From: Camelus ferus | Taxonomy: Eukaryota | Assembly (NCBI RefSeq): GCF_009834535.1 | Contig: NC_045713.1 | Coordinates: forward strand, 13,578,001 to 13,642,000 | Direction of reading: 5' to 3' | DNA: 64,000 bases | Part shown: positions 1 through 12,090 of the stretch, piece by piece | Position numbering within the stretch: the first letter of the stretch is position 1 | Layout: the number at the start of each line of letters is the position of its first letter | The notes under the pieces: generated by a model | Told to the model about the DNA's origin: nothing | Databases searched by the model: none | What the model saw: only the letters and a program-made list of their open reading frames with translations | Program-made: the position numbers and the translations under genes

Positions 1-69
1 AGCCCCCGTGGGCAGGGCATGTGTGGTGTGCAACACATTCCTTGCCTGGGCTGTGAGTGTGTGTGAGAC

Positions 70-2260
70 TAATAAACTGCTGTTTCTGATAAAAAACGCT
101 CAACAACTGGAGATAGAAAGGAATGTCTTCAACATAGCAAAGGGCATCTATGAAAAACCCACAGCTGGGGGAGGGTATAGCTCAGTGATAGAGCGCATGC
201 TTAGCATGCACACAGTCCTGGGTTCAATCCCCAGTACTTCCATTTAAATAAATAGATAAGTAAATAAACCTAATTACCCCCCATCCCAGCCTGAATAAAA
301 TTAAAAATTAAAAGCCCACAGCCAACATCATACTCGAGGGTGAAAGACTGAATTCTCTCCTCCTAAAGTCAAAAACAAGACAAAAATGCCCACTCTTACC
401 ATTCAGCATTCTATTCAGTGTTGCACTGGAGTTTCTGGCCAATGTAAGTAGGCATGAAAGTGAAATAAAAAGTATCCAAATTGGAAAGGAAGAACTGAGA
501 CTCTCCATTTACAGATGGCATGGTCTTGTATGTGGAAAATCCTAAGGAATCTACTAAAAATAACTATTAGAATTAATAAATGAATTCAGCAAGATTGAAG
601 GATATAAAATCAATAGACAAAAGTCTATCATATGAACAATCCAAAATGAAATTAAGAAAACAACTCCACACAAAAAAACAATTCCACACACACAAAAAAA
701 TTCCATTTAGAATAATACCAAAAGGATCAAATTAAGAAAAATTAAAAAAAAGAAGTACAAAACTCATACTCTAAAAGCTACAGAACATTGTTGAAAGAAA
801 TTAAAGAAATAGAAAGACATGTTCATGGGTTGAATGATTAAATATTGCTAAGATGGCAATACTACCCAAAATGATCTACAGATTTAATGCAATCCCTTTC
901 AAAATCCCANNNNNNNNNNNNNNNNNNNNNNNNNNNNNNNNNNNNNNNNNNNNNNNNNNNNNNNNNNNNNNNNNNNNNNNNNNNNNNNNNNNNNNNNNNN
1001 NNNNNNNNNNNNNNNNNNNNNNNNNNNNNNNNNNNNNNNNNNNNNNNNNNNNNNNNNNNNNNNNNNNNNNNNNNNNTAAGGCCAGACATAGAGATCAATA
1101 GTACAGAATTGAGAGTCTAGAAATAAATTCATCCATATATGGTCCATGGATGTTTTGACAAAAGTATGGAGAAATTCTATGAGGAAAGAACAGTCCTTTC
1201 AAGAAATGTTGCTGGGAAAATCAGATGCTAANNNNNNNNNNNNNNNNNNNNNNNNNNNNNNNNNNNNNNNNNNNNNNNNNNNNNNNNNNNNNNNNNNNNN
1301 NNNNNNNNNNNNNNNNNNNNNNNNNNNNNNNNNNNNNNNNNNNNNNNNNNNNNNNNNNNNNNNNNNNNNNNNNNNNNNNNNNNNNNNNNNTTTGGCACCA
1401 AAAGCATAAGCAACCAAAGAAAAAAACAGATAATTTGGACTTCATCAAAATTAAAAATCTTTCATTTCAAACGACACCATCCAGAAAGTGAAAAGACAAT
1501 CCACAGACTAGGAGGAAATATTTGCAAGTCATATGTCTGGTAAGAGACTCATATCTAAACTTTATAAAGAACTACGACAATTTATAAAGTAAGCAAATGA
1601 TCGGAATAGACATTTCTCCAAAGAAGACGTACAAAGAAATGGCCAATAAGCACATGAAATCATGCTCTACATCAGTGGTCATCAAGGGAATGCAAATCAA
1701 AACCACAATGGAAAAAAAAACCCACAATGAGATATTGCTTCACACCCACCAGGATGGCTACAATCAAAATTTCAGATAAAACAAGAGTTCATGAGGATAC
1801 AGAGAAAGTGGAACCTTTATATACTGCCAGTGGGAATGTAAAATGGTGAGCCACTTTGGAAAACAGTCTGACAGTTCCTCCGATGATTAAGTATAATTAT
1901 TGTATGATGCGGCAATACCACTTCTAAGAGTATACACCAGAAAAGTGNNNNNNNNNNNNNNNNNNNNNNNNNNNNNNNNNNNNNNNNNNNNNNNNNNNNN
2001 NNNNNNNNNNNNNNNNNNNNNNNNNNNNNNNNNNNNNNNNNNNNNNNNNNNNNNNNNNNNNNNNNNNNNNNNNNNNNNNNNNNNNNNNNNNNNNNNNNNN
2101 NNNNNNNNNNNNNNNNNNNNATGAAAAAGAATATGAGTTGAGGGTAGGGGAGTATATATGTGTGGGTGGGGAGGGCTATGTGGGAACTCTGTATTTTCTG
2201 CTCAATTCTGCTGTAAATGAAACTGCTCTTAAAAAAAAAACTAAGTCTATTTAAAAAATA
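70..2260 (+). mobile_element. Old LINE-1 (L1M-type) ORF2 3' half and 3' UTR, degraded, interrupted by a SINE and three N-runs
   Basis: L1 ORF2-like remnants (MAILPKMIYRFNAIPFKIP at 853; gaaaaacccacagc|aacatcatactc); A-rich plus strand; many stops. Confidence 0.85.
167..309 (+). mobile_element. tRNA-derived SINE (camelid Vic-1-like) inserted into L1
   Basis: GGGGAGGGTATAGCTCAGTG (A box) ... GGGTTCAATCCCCAG (B box), A-rich tail; TSD aaaaacccacagct (153-166) / aaaagcccacagcc (310-323). Confidence 0.9.
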
Positions 2261-2269
2261 GAAAAGAAA

Positions 2270-2730
2270 AAGAATAAGAAAATGAATATATGTATGTATG
2301 TGTATGACTAAAACATTACGCTGTACACCAGAAATTTACACAACATTGTAAACTGAGTATACCTCAACTTAAAAAATTAATTTTAAAAAAAGGAATGAAA
2401 CGCTGACACAGGCTGCAAGATAGATGAACCTTGAAAACACGATGCTCAGTGAAAGAAGCCAGACGAAAAAGGTCGTCTATTGTATGAATCCATTTATATA
2501 ATATATTCAGAATAACCAAATCCATAGAAATAGAAAGTAGACTGGTGGTTCTTTGGCCATTTCCAGGGGCTAGCGAGCAGGAAACAGAGAGTGATTGCTA
2601 GTGGGTACAAGGATTTTTTGTGGGGGAAGGGATGATGAAAATATTCTAAAACCGATCATGCTGATGGATGCACAGCTCTCTGAATACACTAAAAACACTG
2701 AAACGCATGCTTTCAATGGGTGAACACAAA
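2270..2730 (+). mobile_element. L1 3'-end fragments (cetartiodactyl-type tail plus older L1MB-like piece)
   Basis: gctgtacaccagaaatttacacaacattgtaaactgag tail; gatgaaccttgaaaacacgatgctcagtgaaagaagccagac. Confidence 0.75.
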
Positions 2731-4990
2731 AGCAGATATGAGAAGCCAGCTGCCTCTGGAGTCTGAGGCCAAATAGTAAAAAGAGTTGCCAAGATGTAAA
2801 ACAAAACCAGTGTTCTTGCTAACTCTTCTTGTTTGTTTTGGAAATTCAAGTAATTTTTCATAAAGCATGCTATTTATGTTAACATCTAATGGATTTATTA
2901 CTGTTATTTTTAACTGAGTGAGTAAATAAATATTTAAAATTTCTCTCGAGTGGAATTTCTAATATAATAAATAGCAATGGATATACCCAGCACTGGCTGA
3001 TGAGTGTGTAATCTTTGTGATCACACAGGGCCTCACGCTCAGAAGGACCCCACACTTGGCCTCATGCTCTGCTGGCTTAAATTTCTTAGTAATCTTATCT
3101 TCAAACTTGCATTTTATAAGTGAAGTCCAGTGGGGCACTAGAGCATGTGCTGGGACCTGGACTCTTAGCGCACAGGGTGCCTCCCCGCACCTCACCACCT
3201 ACCTCGGGCACCCACTGCCCAGCCTGGGCCTGCCCACAAGGCTGCCAGATAAAATACAGTTCCCACCAATTCGAATTTCAGATAAACGAAGAAAACATCC
3301 TAAGTGTAAGTACAGTCGGTCCTCTGTATCCGCGGGTGCCACATCCACAGACTCAACCAACCATGAATTGAAAATTTTAAAAAAGAAACCAAAAAANNNN
3401 NNNNNNNNNNNNNNNNNNNNNNNNNNNNNNNNNNNNNNNNNNNNNNNNNNNNNNNNNNNNNNNNNNNNNNNNNNNNNNNNNNNNNNNNNNNNNNNNNNNN
3501 NNNNNNNNNNNNNNNNNNNNNNNNNNGGAGTTCGGGTTTTCTGAGCAGGAGCTGCCTGTCTGCCTTGCTTGGCCCCGCAATAAACCTTTCTCTGCTCCAA
3601 AAATAAATAAATAGATAAATGAATAAATGAATAAATAAATAAATAAAGTATACGGGGGATATGAAAAAGAATATATATATATAAAACTGAATCACTAGGC
3701 TGCACACCAAAAACTAACACAATATTGTAAGCCAACTAAACTTCAATTATTATAATAATCATAATAATAATAACCTATCTTGAAACAAAAAAAGGATACA
3801 GAGGATGTGCATAGGTTATATGCAAATACAACTCCACTTTATATAAGGGACTTGAGGGTCTGTGGATTTTGGTATCCTGGGGGTCCTGAAACCAATCTCT
3901 CATGGGTAGGACGGATGCTCTATGTCCCCAAAATTACTTGGGACATATTTATGCTAAAGAATTATCTGTTGTTTATCCAAAATTCAAATTCAGTTGGGCA
4001 TCCTGTATTTTCGTTTGCTAAATAAAAACCCTCCGCACCCAGCACCCTGCTTCCCAAACTTCAGGTACCCAGAGACTGAGTCACGTTTGCAAGGTAGATG
4101 GGTGTTCTGCATCGTCTCCACCCCCAAATGAGGGAAGGGTCAGGGTCAGGCTAAGCTTCTCACGTTGGGGCATGGCAGTCCTACCCCAAGACACACTCCT
4201 AGAAGGTGTGAGCCTCTTGCCTACGTCCATCCAGGTACCTGTGCGGCCAGGTATGGCAAGTTAACTAACTATCCTTAGAGGTTGCCCAGCCACCATGGCT
4301 TGAGCAGGTCCGTGAGAAAGAGCTGCCTGGCTTAGATCACCCTGGCCAGGCCACGGTGAGGTACGTTGTTCCTGGGGCTTTTGGGAGGGGCCCCATCAGG
4401 CTGGAGCATGTGTATCCACCTGTGTGAGTCACCCAGCCTGGGAGCCCATGAGGGTCCTTGGCCCAGGAAGTGCTGCCTCGGGCCAGCCCTACACCTTTCT
4501 TCCTCCTTCCAGACTTCCTGACTCTGAGTCACATTTGTGTCTGGACCCTCTGGGGACAAGCTAAAGAATACAAATCATGTAATTTCAGTGGTTCTGCACA
4601 CCAGCTAAATGCTCTCAGAGTGCATTGAAACGGGCATTGCAGGATATAAAGATGGATGGTAAAAATCATCCTAATATTTAAATTTAAATTCTTTTCTTTA
4701 CTTAGAATGACAGTAAATAGCAAATAAAATCACTATGACACTTTGAGTGCATGCATACAAGCCAGAGAGAGACTATGGGAAAAAAGGTAAAGCTGTCATT
4801 TTAGTACCTTAACAGCAATGTCTTCCTGCTTTTTGAAAAAGGGATCCCACATTCTCATTCTGCACCAGGCCCAAAGAATTATGTAGCTAGCCCTGGATTT
4901 ACTCCACACATGAACAAAGGCTCTTTGGTGTCTTCAATAATTCTTAAGAGTGTGAAAGGAGTTCTGAAACCAAAAAGTTTGAGAACTGCT
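2731..4990. mobile_element. Nested transposon complex: hAT-Charlie-type > MER45-like > MER53-like > MER2-like > LTR/L1 fragments
   Basis: Charlie-type halves ~2731-2987 and 4896-4990; MER45-like ends at 2988 and 4895 with degenerate 8-bp TSD gatatacc/gatttact; MER53-like halves 3237-3312 and 3921-4033; MER2-like 3313-3920 with TA duplication. Subfamily names recalled, not searched. Confidence 0.7.
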
Positions 4991-5139
4991 GTCCTAAGAG
5001 CCTAAGAGCCTTCCAACCTCAGGACCTTTGCATATGCTGTTCCCTCTGCCAGAAAAAGTGTCTCCTTTCTACCTGTTCTTCCTCCCATTTTTCAAGTCTC
5101 AACCCAAAGTCACCTTCTCAGGGGACTGTCCCTAAGTCC

Positions 5140-5560
5140 TTGTATTTGCTTCCTGTTGCTGCTGTAACAAATGTATTCTCTGATGGTGTTGGAGGCCAGA
5201 AGTCTAAAATCAATGTGTCCATAGGGCTGGTTCCTTATGGAGACTCTAGAGGAAACTCCATTGCCTTGACCTTCCTGGATTCTAGAGGCACCCGTATTCC
5301 TTGGCTCGTGGCCCCTTCCTTGCATCATTCAGATTTTTGCTTCCATCCTCACATCTCCTCTGACTCTGAGCCTCCTGGCTCTCTCATGAACACCCTTTGA
5401 TGACATTGGACTACCAGGATAATTGAGGATCATCTCCCTTCTCTAGAACTCAATCTCCGCATCTCTTTAACTGAATCCTAACAGCAAAGCCCCTTTTACC
5501 CAATAAGGGACATAATCACAGGTTCTAGAGTTTAGGTGATAGACATCTTTGGGGACCATG
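5140..5560 (-). mobile_element. MaLR solo LTR (MLT1-like)
   Basis: ttcctgttgctgctgtaacaaat ... ggaggccagaagtctaaaatcaa ... ggggacataat; reverse complement of the MLT1 consensus. Confidence 0.75.
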
Positions 5561-7271
5561 ATTCAGTTGACCACAGTCACCCCTCGGAAGTCTTCCCCAT
5601 TTCTGGCCCTTAGCAAATTGTGTGTGCCTCGGGTGCCTATTTGTTTATTGTCTGTCTCCCTCCCACAGAGACCCTGCAGGGACCCAGCCAGGCAGGGACC
5701 CAGCCAGGCAGGGACCACTACTGCTGTGTTCAAAAGGCACCTCCAGAGCCTGGCACACTGCCTGGTATGTGGTGCATGCTAGGCACATATTTGTGGAATG
5801 ATCAAAGCAAAATTTCTCTGTGAAAACAGCAGCCAACAAGCCCTCCTTGGGCATATCCAAGTGGCAGATGAAGAAGGTAGGCGAGGGTGGGGGTGGTTCC
5901 AGGGTCACATGTCTTGTCTGATGGGCCAGTACACCTCCCAGGACAAACTCTTTCCCTTTGCTTCCTAGTCCTTGCCTATGTCTTTTCTCCCTACTCATGG
6001 ATGACCAAGGGGAGTGATGCTCTGCTGTGCAGGAACCATGGTCCGCCTGCCCTAGAAGATGACTGTTACCCACTCTCTGCACCGAGATACAGGGATGTGG
6101 ACCAAAGAATGGGCAGGTGGGCCAGAGTGTCCAGGCGTCCCCGGGCACGGCATCCATGGGAGAGCCGGCCACAGCCCTGGTCTACTGTGTTGCTATCGCC
6201 ACTGTCAAATTAATCCACTCTCTCCAAGAGCTTTCCCTGGCAGGGTTAGAGCAAAAGTCTCTTGTCCAAGGAGAGCCAAGCCAATGTCCAGAGGCCCTCA
6301 GAGCAGAAGGGCATCTGGAAAAAGTCCTCAGGAAGTGGAGGCCAAGCACGTAGAACATCGTGGTAAAACTAGTGCACGGCAGGGAAGACAGGCCTGTGTT
6401 CATTCCCTGCAGACAAATCCATCTCCCCTGCGTTCGCACCCTTGACAGAGGGTGTGGTCAGTCTGTACCCTGCACTTCCTCCAAAGAGGATGCTCGACCC
6501 TGTACCCACCACCATCCTTGCCTCTACACCCACCACTCAGACCAAGGGGGCTTCGGGGAACTAGATCATCATGCCAAGAAGAAGGCTGACAGATCTGTGC
6601 TCATCTTCATCTTTGTTCAAAGTTGCCTGAACTTGGAGCTGAAAGAAAGAGGGACTCCCCCAACACCACCAAAAAAAAAAAAAAAAAAAAAATAAGGAAA
6701 GAGAGAGAACAAGAGAAACTGCATAGACAGGAAATGGAGAGTCGACTCAGAGGGGCTTTGGGATTTAAATGCCCACACCTGGTGCCTGGTGAGACTTGCT
6801 GCATTTTACAAAACAAGACTTCCCCTCTCACTCTCTCAGAAGTAGGATGCAGCTTTGATTTTTTGTGTGGTCTTGTGGGGAAGAGGTGCTTGAGCCACCC
6901 TTGTTCTCCTGGCGACCCTTGGCCAGGGCAGGGGACAGGACGTGAAGGCAGGAGGGGCATAGGTGAATTCTGATTCACAGCTGTGCCCAGCCACTCCCAC
7001 TCCCCAGCAGCCACTGCCCTGTCTTACTTCCAGAAAGCCCAGCTCCCATCTCCTCCTGGAAGCCTTTGCTGCAGTGATCCTCTGCCCTCATCCTATACCT
7101 CCCTGATCTGGTGGCATTCCTTTGGGCCCCACACACGCCTCAGCGTCCTGAGAGGGTAAGAGGTCAGGCTCTGGGGCAGACTCATCTGAGCTGAAGTCTT
7201 GGCCACAGCTGTGTGAGCTTCAGCGAGTCACTTGTTTCCACAGAGCCTCAGTTTTCTCATCTGTAAAATGT

Positions 7272-8025
7272 GAACAGTGGCTACTCAGCCATAAAAAATA
7301 ATAAAACAATGCCATTTGCAGCAACTTTGATGGACCAGGAGACTGTCATTCTAAATGAAGTAAGCCAGAAAGAGAAAGACAAATACCATATGATATCACT
7401 TATGTGTGGAATCTGGAGAAAAAAAAAAAAAGACAAACTTATTTACAAAACAGAAACAGACTCACAGACATAGAAAACAAACTTATGGTTACCAGAGAGG
7501 GGTGGGGGATGGGAAGGGATAAATTGAGAGCTGAGATTTGCAGATACTGACTACTATATATAAAACAGATAAACAACAAGTTTATACTGTATAGCACAGG
7601 GAACTATATTCAATATCTTGTAGTATCTTATGGTTAAAAAGAATATGAAAACGAATATATGTATGTTCCTATATGACTGAATTATTGTGCTGTACACCAG
7701 AAACTGACACAACATTGTAAACTGACCTTACATCAATAAAAATATATTAAAAATAAAAATTTAAAAAAGAAAACAAACCTATGGTTACCAAAGGGGAAAG
7801 GGTGGGGAGGGATAAATTGGGAGTTTGGAATTAGCAGATACAAACTACTATATATAGAAGAGATAAACAGCAAGGTCCCACTGTATAGCACAGGAAATTA
7901 TATTCAATAACTTGTAATAACCTATAATGAAAAAGAATATGAAAGAGTATATATATAACTATATCACTGTGCTGTACACCAGAAACTAACACATTATAAA
8001 TCAACTATACTTCAATTTTTTACAA
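7272..8025 (+). mobile_element. Two tandem cetartiodactyl L1 3' ends inserted in a MIR
   Basis: gccataaaaaataataaaacaatgccatttgcagcaac; the ...ttatggttacc...gcagatac...gctgtacaccagaaact...caattt block occurs twice (~7475-7770 and ~7772-8025); MIR halves at ~7190-7270 and ~8035-8080. Confidence 0.85.
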
Positions 8026-9189
8026 AAGGGAAAAAAGAGGAACAATGGTTACACCCATCTCATGAAGTCATTTAAGGCTGCAGCAAGATGTTCTACACAT
8101 CCCAGAGGAATAATGGGCGTGCGGGAAGCATCCAGTCACCAGCATCCCCAGTTGCATCGTCATCAGCCACACCACGATTCATCAGTACAACGGGTGCCAG
8201 TTATCACACTGTTGGCCTCACCAGGTTTCTCAGCTGAGTTTCAGGCTGAAAGGAGGCAAGCCAGTCTGGCCCTGGGGGCTGGAGTCAGGCTTTCCCTGGA
8301 GGAGAGCGGAGAGGGCCAGCAGAGCAAGCTCAGGGAAGGCAGCCGTCAAGGTGTGGACGGGCACCAGGACAGACAGCCGGGCTTCCAACAGCCCCACAAG
8401 GGTCTCCATTCCTTACGGCTTACTGGCATCAGCAGCACACCAGAGGAAGTCCAGCCAGGGCACTGCTCTGAGGGTCTCTGCGCACAGAGCCCATGGAGAG
8501 GGGGCTTCTTACAGCAACTGCATTGCCGACCTGCAGCTGTCCCCCTGAGGCCTTTTCTCCAGGGCTTCCTGCCCCTCAGCCTTTTTCTGCCCTCTTTATA
8601 GGAGGGAACACATCTAGAGGTCCACTGAGCATCTATGGCACTGGCCTCCACAGAGCAGTGTGGGGGAGGCAGAGACGGAATGAGCTGCAGTTCTGCCCTG
8701 GAGCACCCGCCTTCCATTGGAACAAGGCACACAAACCTCAAATGAGCTGTGATTGAGGCACATGACCGAGTTTTGAAAAGAAGGCCAAGTCTGCTTCTCT
8801 GCGCCAGCCTGGGGGCCGTAGGGGTGTGCAAGGCTGCGGCCCCAGCCCAGCATTAGAATCACCCACATTGCATCTAACTCTCATTGTTCTCAGTTGTGCA
8901 GAAACCCACCGCCCTACAGACTTGCTGAATTTCAGAGTCTGGAGGGACCTGAGATCCCCAGGTGTGTGTGAGCAGCCAGACCTGGAAAGCCTGGGAGATC
9001 CTGCCTGACAGCAGCAGGGGGCTGGGCCCCTAAGAGGGGATGCCCAATAGGAGGATACAGAGCCAGTCAAGGGCAGTAAGGTCACTGCTTCCCCCCAGAC
9101 ACCAGCCTGTGACAGCTCATTTCATGCCTCAGAGCCCCTGAGCAAAGATAAATCCTGGGGTCACAGCTTCAGAGTCTAGTCATCAGAGT

Positions 9190-9745
9190 GATGGGCCCCC
9201 CTCAAGATGTCCACATCCTAATCCCTGGAACCTGTAAATATGTACCTTATGTGGCAAAAGGGACTCTGCTGATGGGATTAAGATAAGGATTTGGGGATGG
9301 GAGAGAATCCTGGATTAGCCAGGTGGGCCCAATGTCATCACAAGAGTCCTTAAAAGTAGAGACCTTTTCCCAGCTGCCATCAGAGACATATGACAATTCA
9401 AGTGATCTCAGAGGCATGAGAAAGACTCAGCCCACTGTTTCTGGCTTTGAAGATGGAGGAAGGGCCAGGAGCCAAGGAATGAAGGCACCTCCAGAAGATG
9501 GGAATGGCCCTCAGCTGACAGCCAGCACAGAAATGGGAACCTCAGTCCTACAACCACAAGGAACTGAATTCTGCCTATCATCTGAGCAGGAAACAGACTC
9601 TCCCCTGTATCCTCCAGTGGGAACGCTGCCCTGCCCACACCTTGATTTTACTGGTGATATCTATGATGGACTTCTGACCTCCATAACTGTAAGATAACCC
9701 ACGTGCGTTGCTTTCAGACACAAGGGTGTGGTGACTTGCTAAGGC
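9190..9745 (+). mobile_element. MaLR solo LTR (MLT1-like)
   Basis: gatgtccacatcctaatccctggaacctgtaaatatgtaccttatgtggcaaaagggac matches the MLT1 5' consensus. Confidence 0.8.
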
Positions 9746-9949
9746 AGAGATAGGAAGTGAATACTAGATTCCTTCTTGCACTGCCCCTTAGCCGCTTCAT
9801 GCCTCTCTCCCACATTCAGGACACACTTGGTTACTGAGGCCCCACCATGTCCCCCCTCCCCCAACCCATGCAGGCAGCCCCCACCCAGGGCTGACCCACT
9901 TCCAGGCCCCACGCAGGAGAGGGGAAGTGCCACTTCTTTTTCTCTGATC

Positions 9950-10395
9950 CTATGCTAGTGTCCTGGGGCTGCAGTCACAAAGGATCTCAAACTGGGTGGC
10001 TTAAAACAACAGAGGTTTATTTTCTCACAGTTGAGGAAGCCAAAAGTCTGAAATCAAGTTGTAAGCAGGGCTGGGATCCTTTTGGAAGCTCTAGGAGAGG
10101 ATCCTTCCTGCCTCTTCCAGCTGCTGGTGTTGCCGGCCATCCTTGGCGTTTCTTGGCCTCGCTCCTGTCTCTGCTCCCACCATCACATGGCCATCTTCGC
10201 TGTGTGTCTCTCTGCATCCTCACCACTTAAGAGGACACCAGTCATTGGATTTAGGGCCCACCCTTATCCAGGATGCTAGCATATCAAAATCTTTAACTAA
10301 TTGTCTCCGCAATGACCCTATTTCCAAGTAAATCACAGTCACAGGTTCAGACTGGACATGAATTTGGAGGGGATGCTATTCAACCCACTACAGAC
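9950..10395 (-). mobile_element. MaLR solo LTR (MLT1-like)
   Basis: caaactgggtggcttaaaacaacagaggtttattttctcacag ... ggatttagggcccaccc. Confidence 0.8.
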
Positions 10396-11189
10396 CCCTT
10401 GGGCAGGTAAGCTCCTGTGGCCTCACTTCCCATCCGCTGGGGCAGAAGCCTCCCAGGGAGTCTTGGTTCCAGCCTCAGTTCCCCTCTTGTTCCTGTTCAG
10501 GGCTGTGACAAGAGGACCTCGGACCCTGAGGAATGAGTTCCGCCTGAATCACACCAAGAGCATCACAGGACTAGAATCACCCCCAGAAAAGTTCCTGGGG
10601 GCAGCACGTACCCTTACACAACCCCTTCAGCTGCTGCCTGGAGAGAACACAGGCCATTCCCACTGCTGTCTGCCAGCTGCAGCTTGATGCTGCCACAGGA
10701 AGGGGCCCAGGGCACTGTCATCAGGTTTGGGATTTCTTCGCCCTGGCGTTCCTCCCCTTACTCAACCTGTCCTCTAGACCAGAGGTTCTTCAGGGTGGAT
10801 GGGGACTCTGGAAGGACCACGTACATCTTCCCCATGGCCCAAGAACCTGTGTCTCAAAGCATCTGTGTTTACAACGGGACAGGGACTACATGTTCGCCTC
10901 TGGCAGGAATTAAAATTGAGCCTATGAAACCTAATAAAAACCAGACTGCACCCCACAGGGTCTTAACCAGAGTGGCGCCAGGCTTCCCAGTCCTTCTGGA
11001 GAAGGGTGGTAGGTAACTGACCTGGGAGAGCCGCCCACCCATGTGGGCCCATGGGCAGGAACCATGAGTAGAAGACAAATCACCATCTTGGAGCTTCCGG
11101 AATCTTCTCTACTCTTCATTGTCCCGAAAGTGAGGGTGGCATGAACCTCGCCTGAGCCCTGCTCCCCTCTTCCAGAATATGGTTCCTGC

Positions 11190-11560
11190 TTGGCCCACCC
11201 TGTGGTATTCATTTTCTGTGCTGACCAACAAATGACCACAAATTCAGCAGCTTAACGCAGCCCCTCATAATTTCTGTGAGTGGGGAGCGGGCACAGCTTA
11301 GCTCAAGGTCAGTCAGGGTAGGGTCTCATCTGAGGTCCGGAGACCCCTCTCAAGTTCCATGATGGTTGGCAGAATTCATTTCTTTGCATTTGTAGGACAG
11401 AGGTCCCTGTTTTCTCGCTGGCTGTTGGTCGGGACCCTTAGATCTAGGAGCGGACTGGGTTCCTTTCCACATGGACCTCGTAGGTCCATCACAATGCACT
11501 GTTGGCTTCCTTCCAGGCAGGCAAGAGGACCCTCTCTGGCTTGTTCTGTATCTGCCTTCT
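11190..11560 (-). mobile_element. MaLR LTR fragment (MLT1-like)
   Basis: caaatgaccacaaattcagcagcttaa ... gttggcagaattcatttctttgcatttgtaggacagaggtccctg. Confidence 0.7.
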
Positions 11561-11569
11561 AGACCACCT

Positions 11570-11930
11570 GTTGTGGACTGAATGTTTGTGCCCCCACAAA
11601 ATTCGTGTGGAAATCCTAACCTCCCCAGGTGATAGTATTAGGAGGTGGGGCCTTTGGAGTGATTAGGTCATGAGGGTGCAGCCTCACAAATGAGATTAGT
11701 GCCCTTCTGAGAAGAGACACTGGTGCGTGAACACTCTCTCTGCTCTCCACCACATGAGGACACATGAGAAAATGGCTGTCTGCCAGCCAGGAAGCAGGCC
11801 CCACCAGACACCAGATCAGTCAGCACCCTGATCTTGGACTTCCAGCCTCCAGAACTATGAGAAATAAGTATTCATTGGTTAAGTCACCCAGTCTGTAGTA
11901 TGTACTGTGGCAGCCCATGCTAAGACACTC
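11570..11930 (+). mobile_element. MaLR solo LTR (MLT1A-like)
   Basis: tgttgtggactgaatgtttgtgccccc ... ttggacttccagcctccagaactatgagaaataag ... gcagcccatgctaagaca. Confidence 0.8.
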
Positions 11931-11934
11931 CCTC

Positions 11935-12090
11935 TTTATTCAATTTTTCATTGAGGTGAACTTCACATACCACAAAATTAACCATTTTAAAGTGAACAAT
12001 TCAGTGGCATTTAGTGCATTCACAGTGTTGTACAACCACCACCTCCATCTGGTTCCACAACATGTTTATCACCCACGTACCCATTAAACT
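11935..12090 (-). mobile_element. L1M 3' fragment
   Basis: ttaaagtgaacaattcagtggcatttagtgcattcacagtgttgtacaaccacc. Confidence 0.7.

Noticed and set aside
167-250. tRNA-like sequences here and at 47957, 48929 and 50888
   Set aside because: A/B boxes are followed by SINE body and A-rich tails, with a TSD in one case; no complete cloverleaf, so they are SINEs, not tRNA genes.
853-3735. ORFs containing X runs
   Set aside because: Artifacts of translating N-masked stretches within L1 and transposon remnants.
6200-6692. Possible retrocopy ending in the A-run at ~6670-6692
   Set aside because: No recognisable parent mRNA, no AATAAA before the run and no TSD found; the poly-Lys ORFs are artifacts of the A-run.
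8062-8831. 179-aa (+) and 161-aa (-) ORFs in unique sequence
   Set aside because: No recognisable family, no consistent splice framework, and the plus ORF starts inside a MIR remnant.
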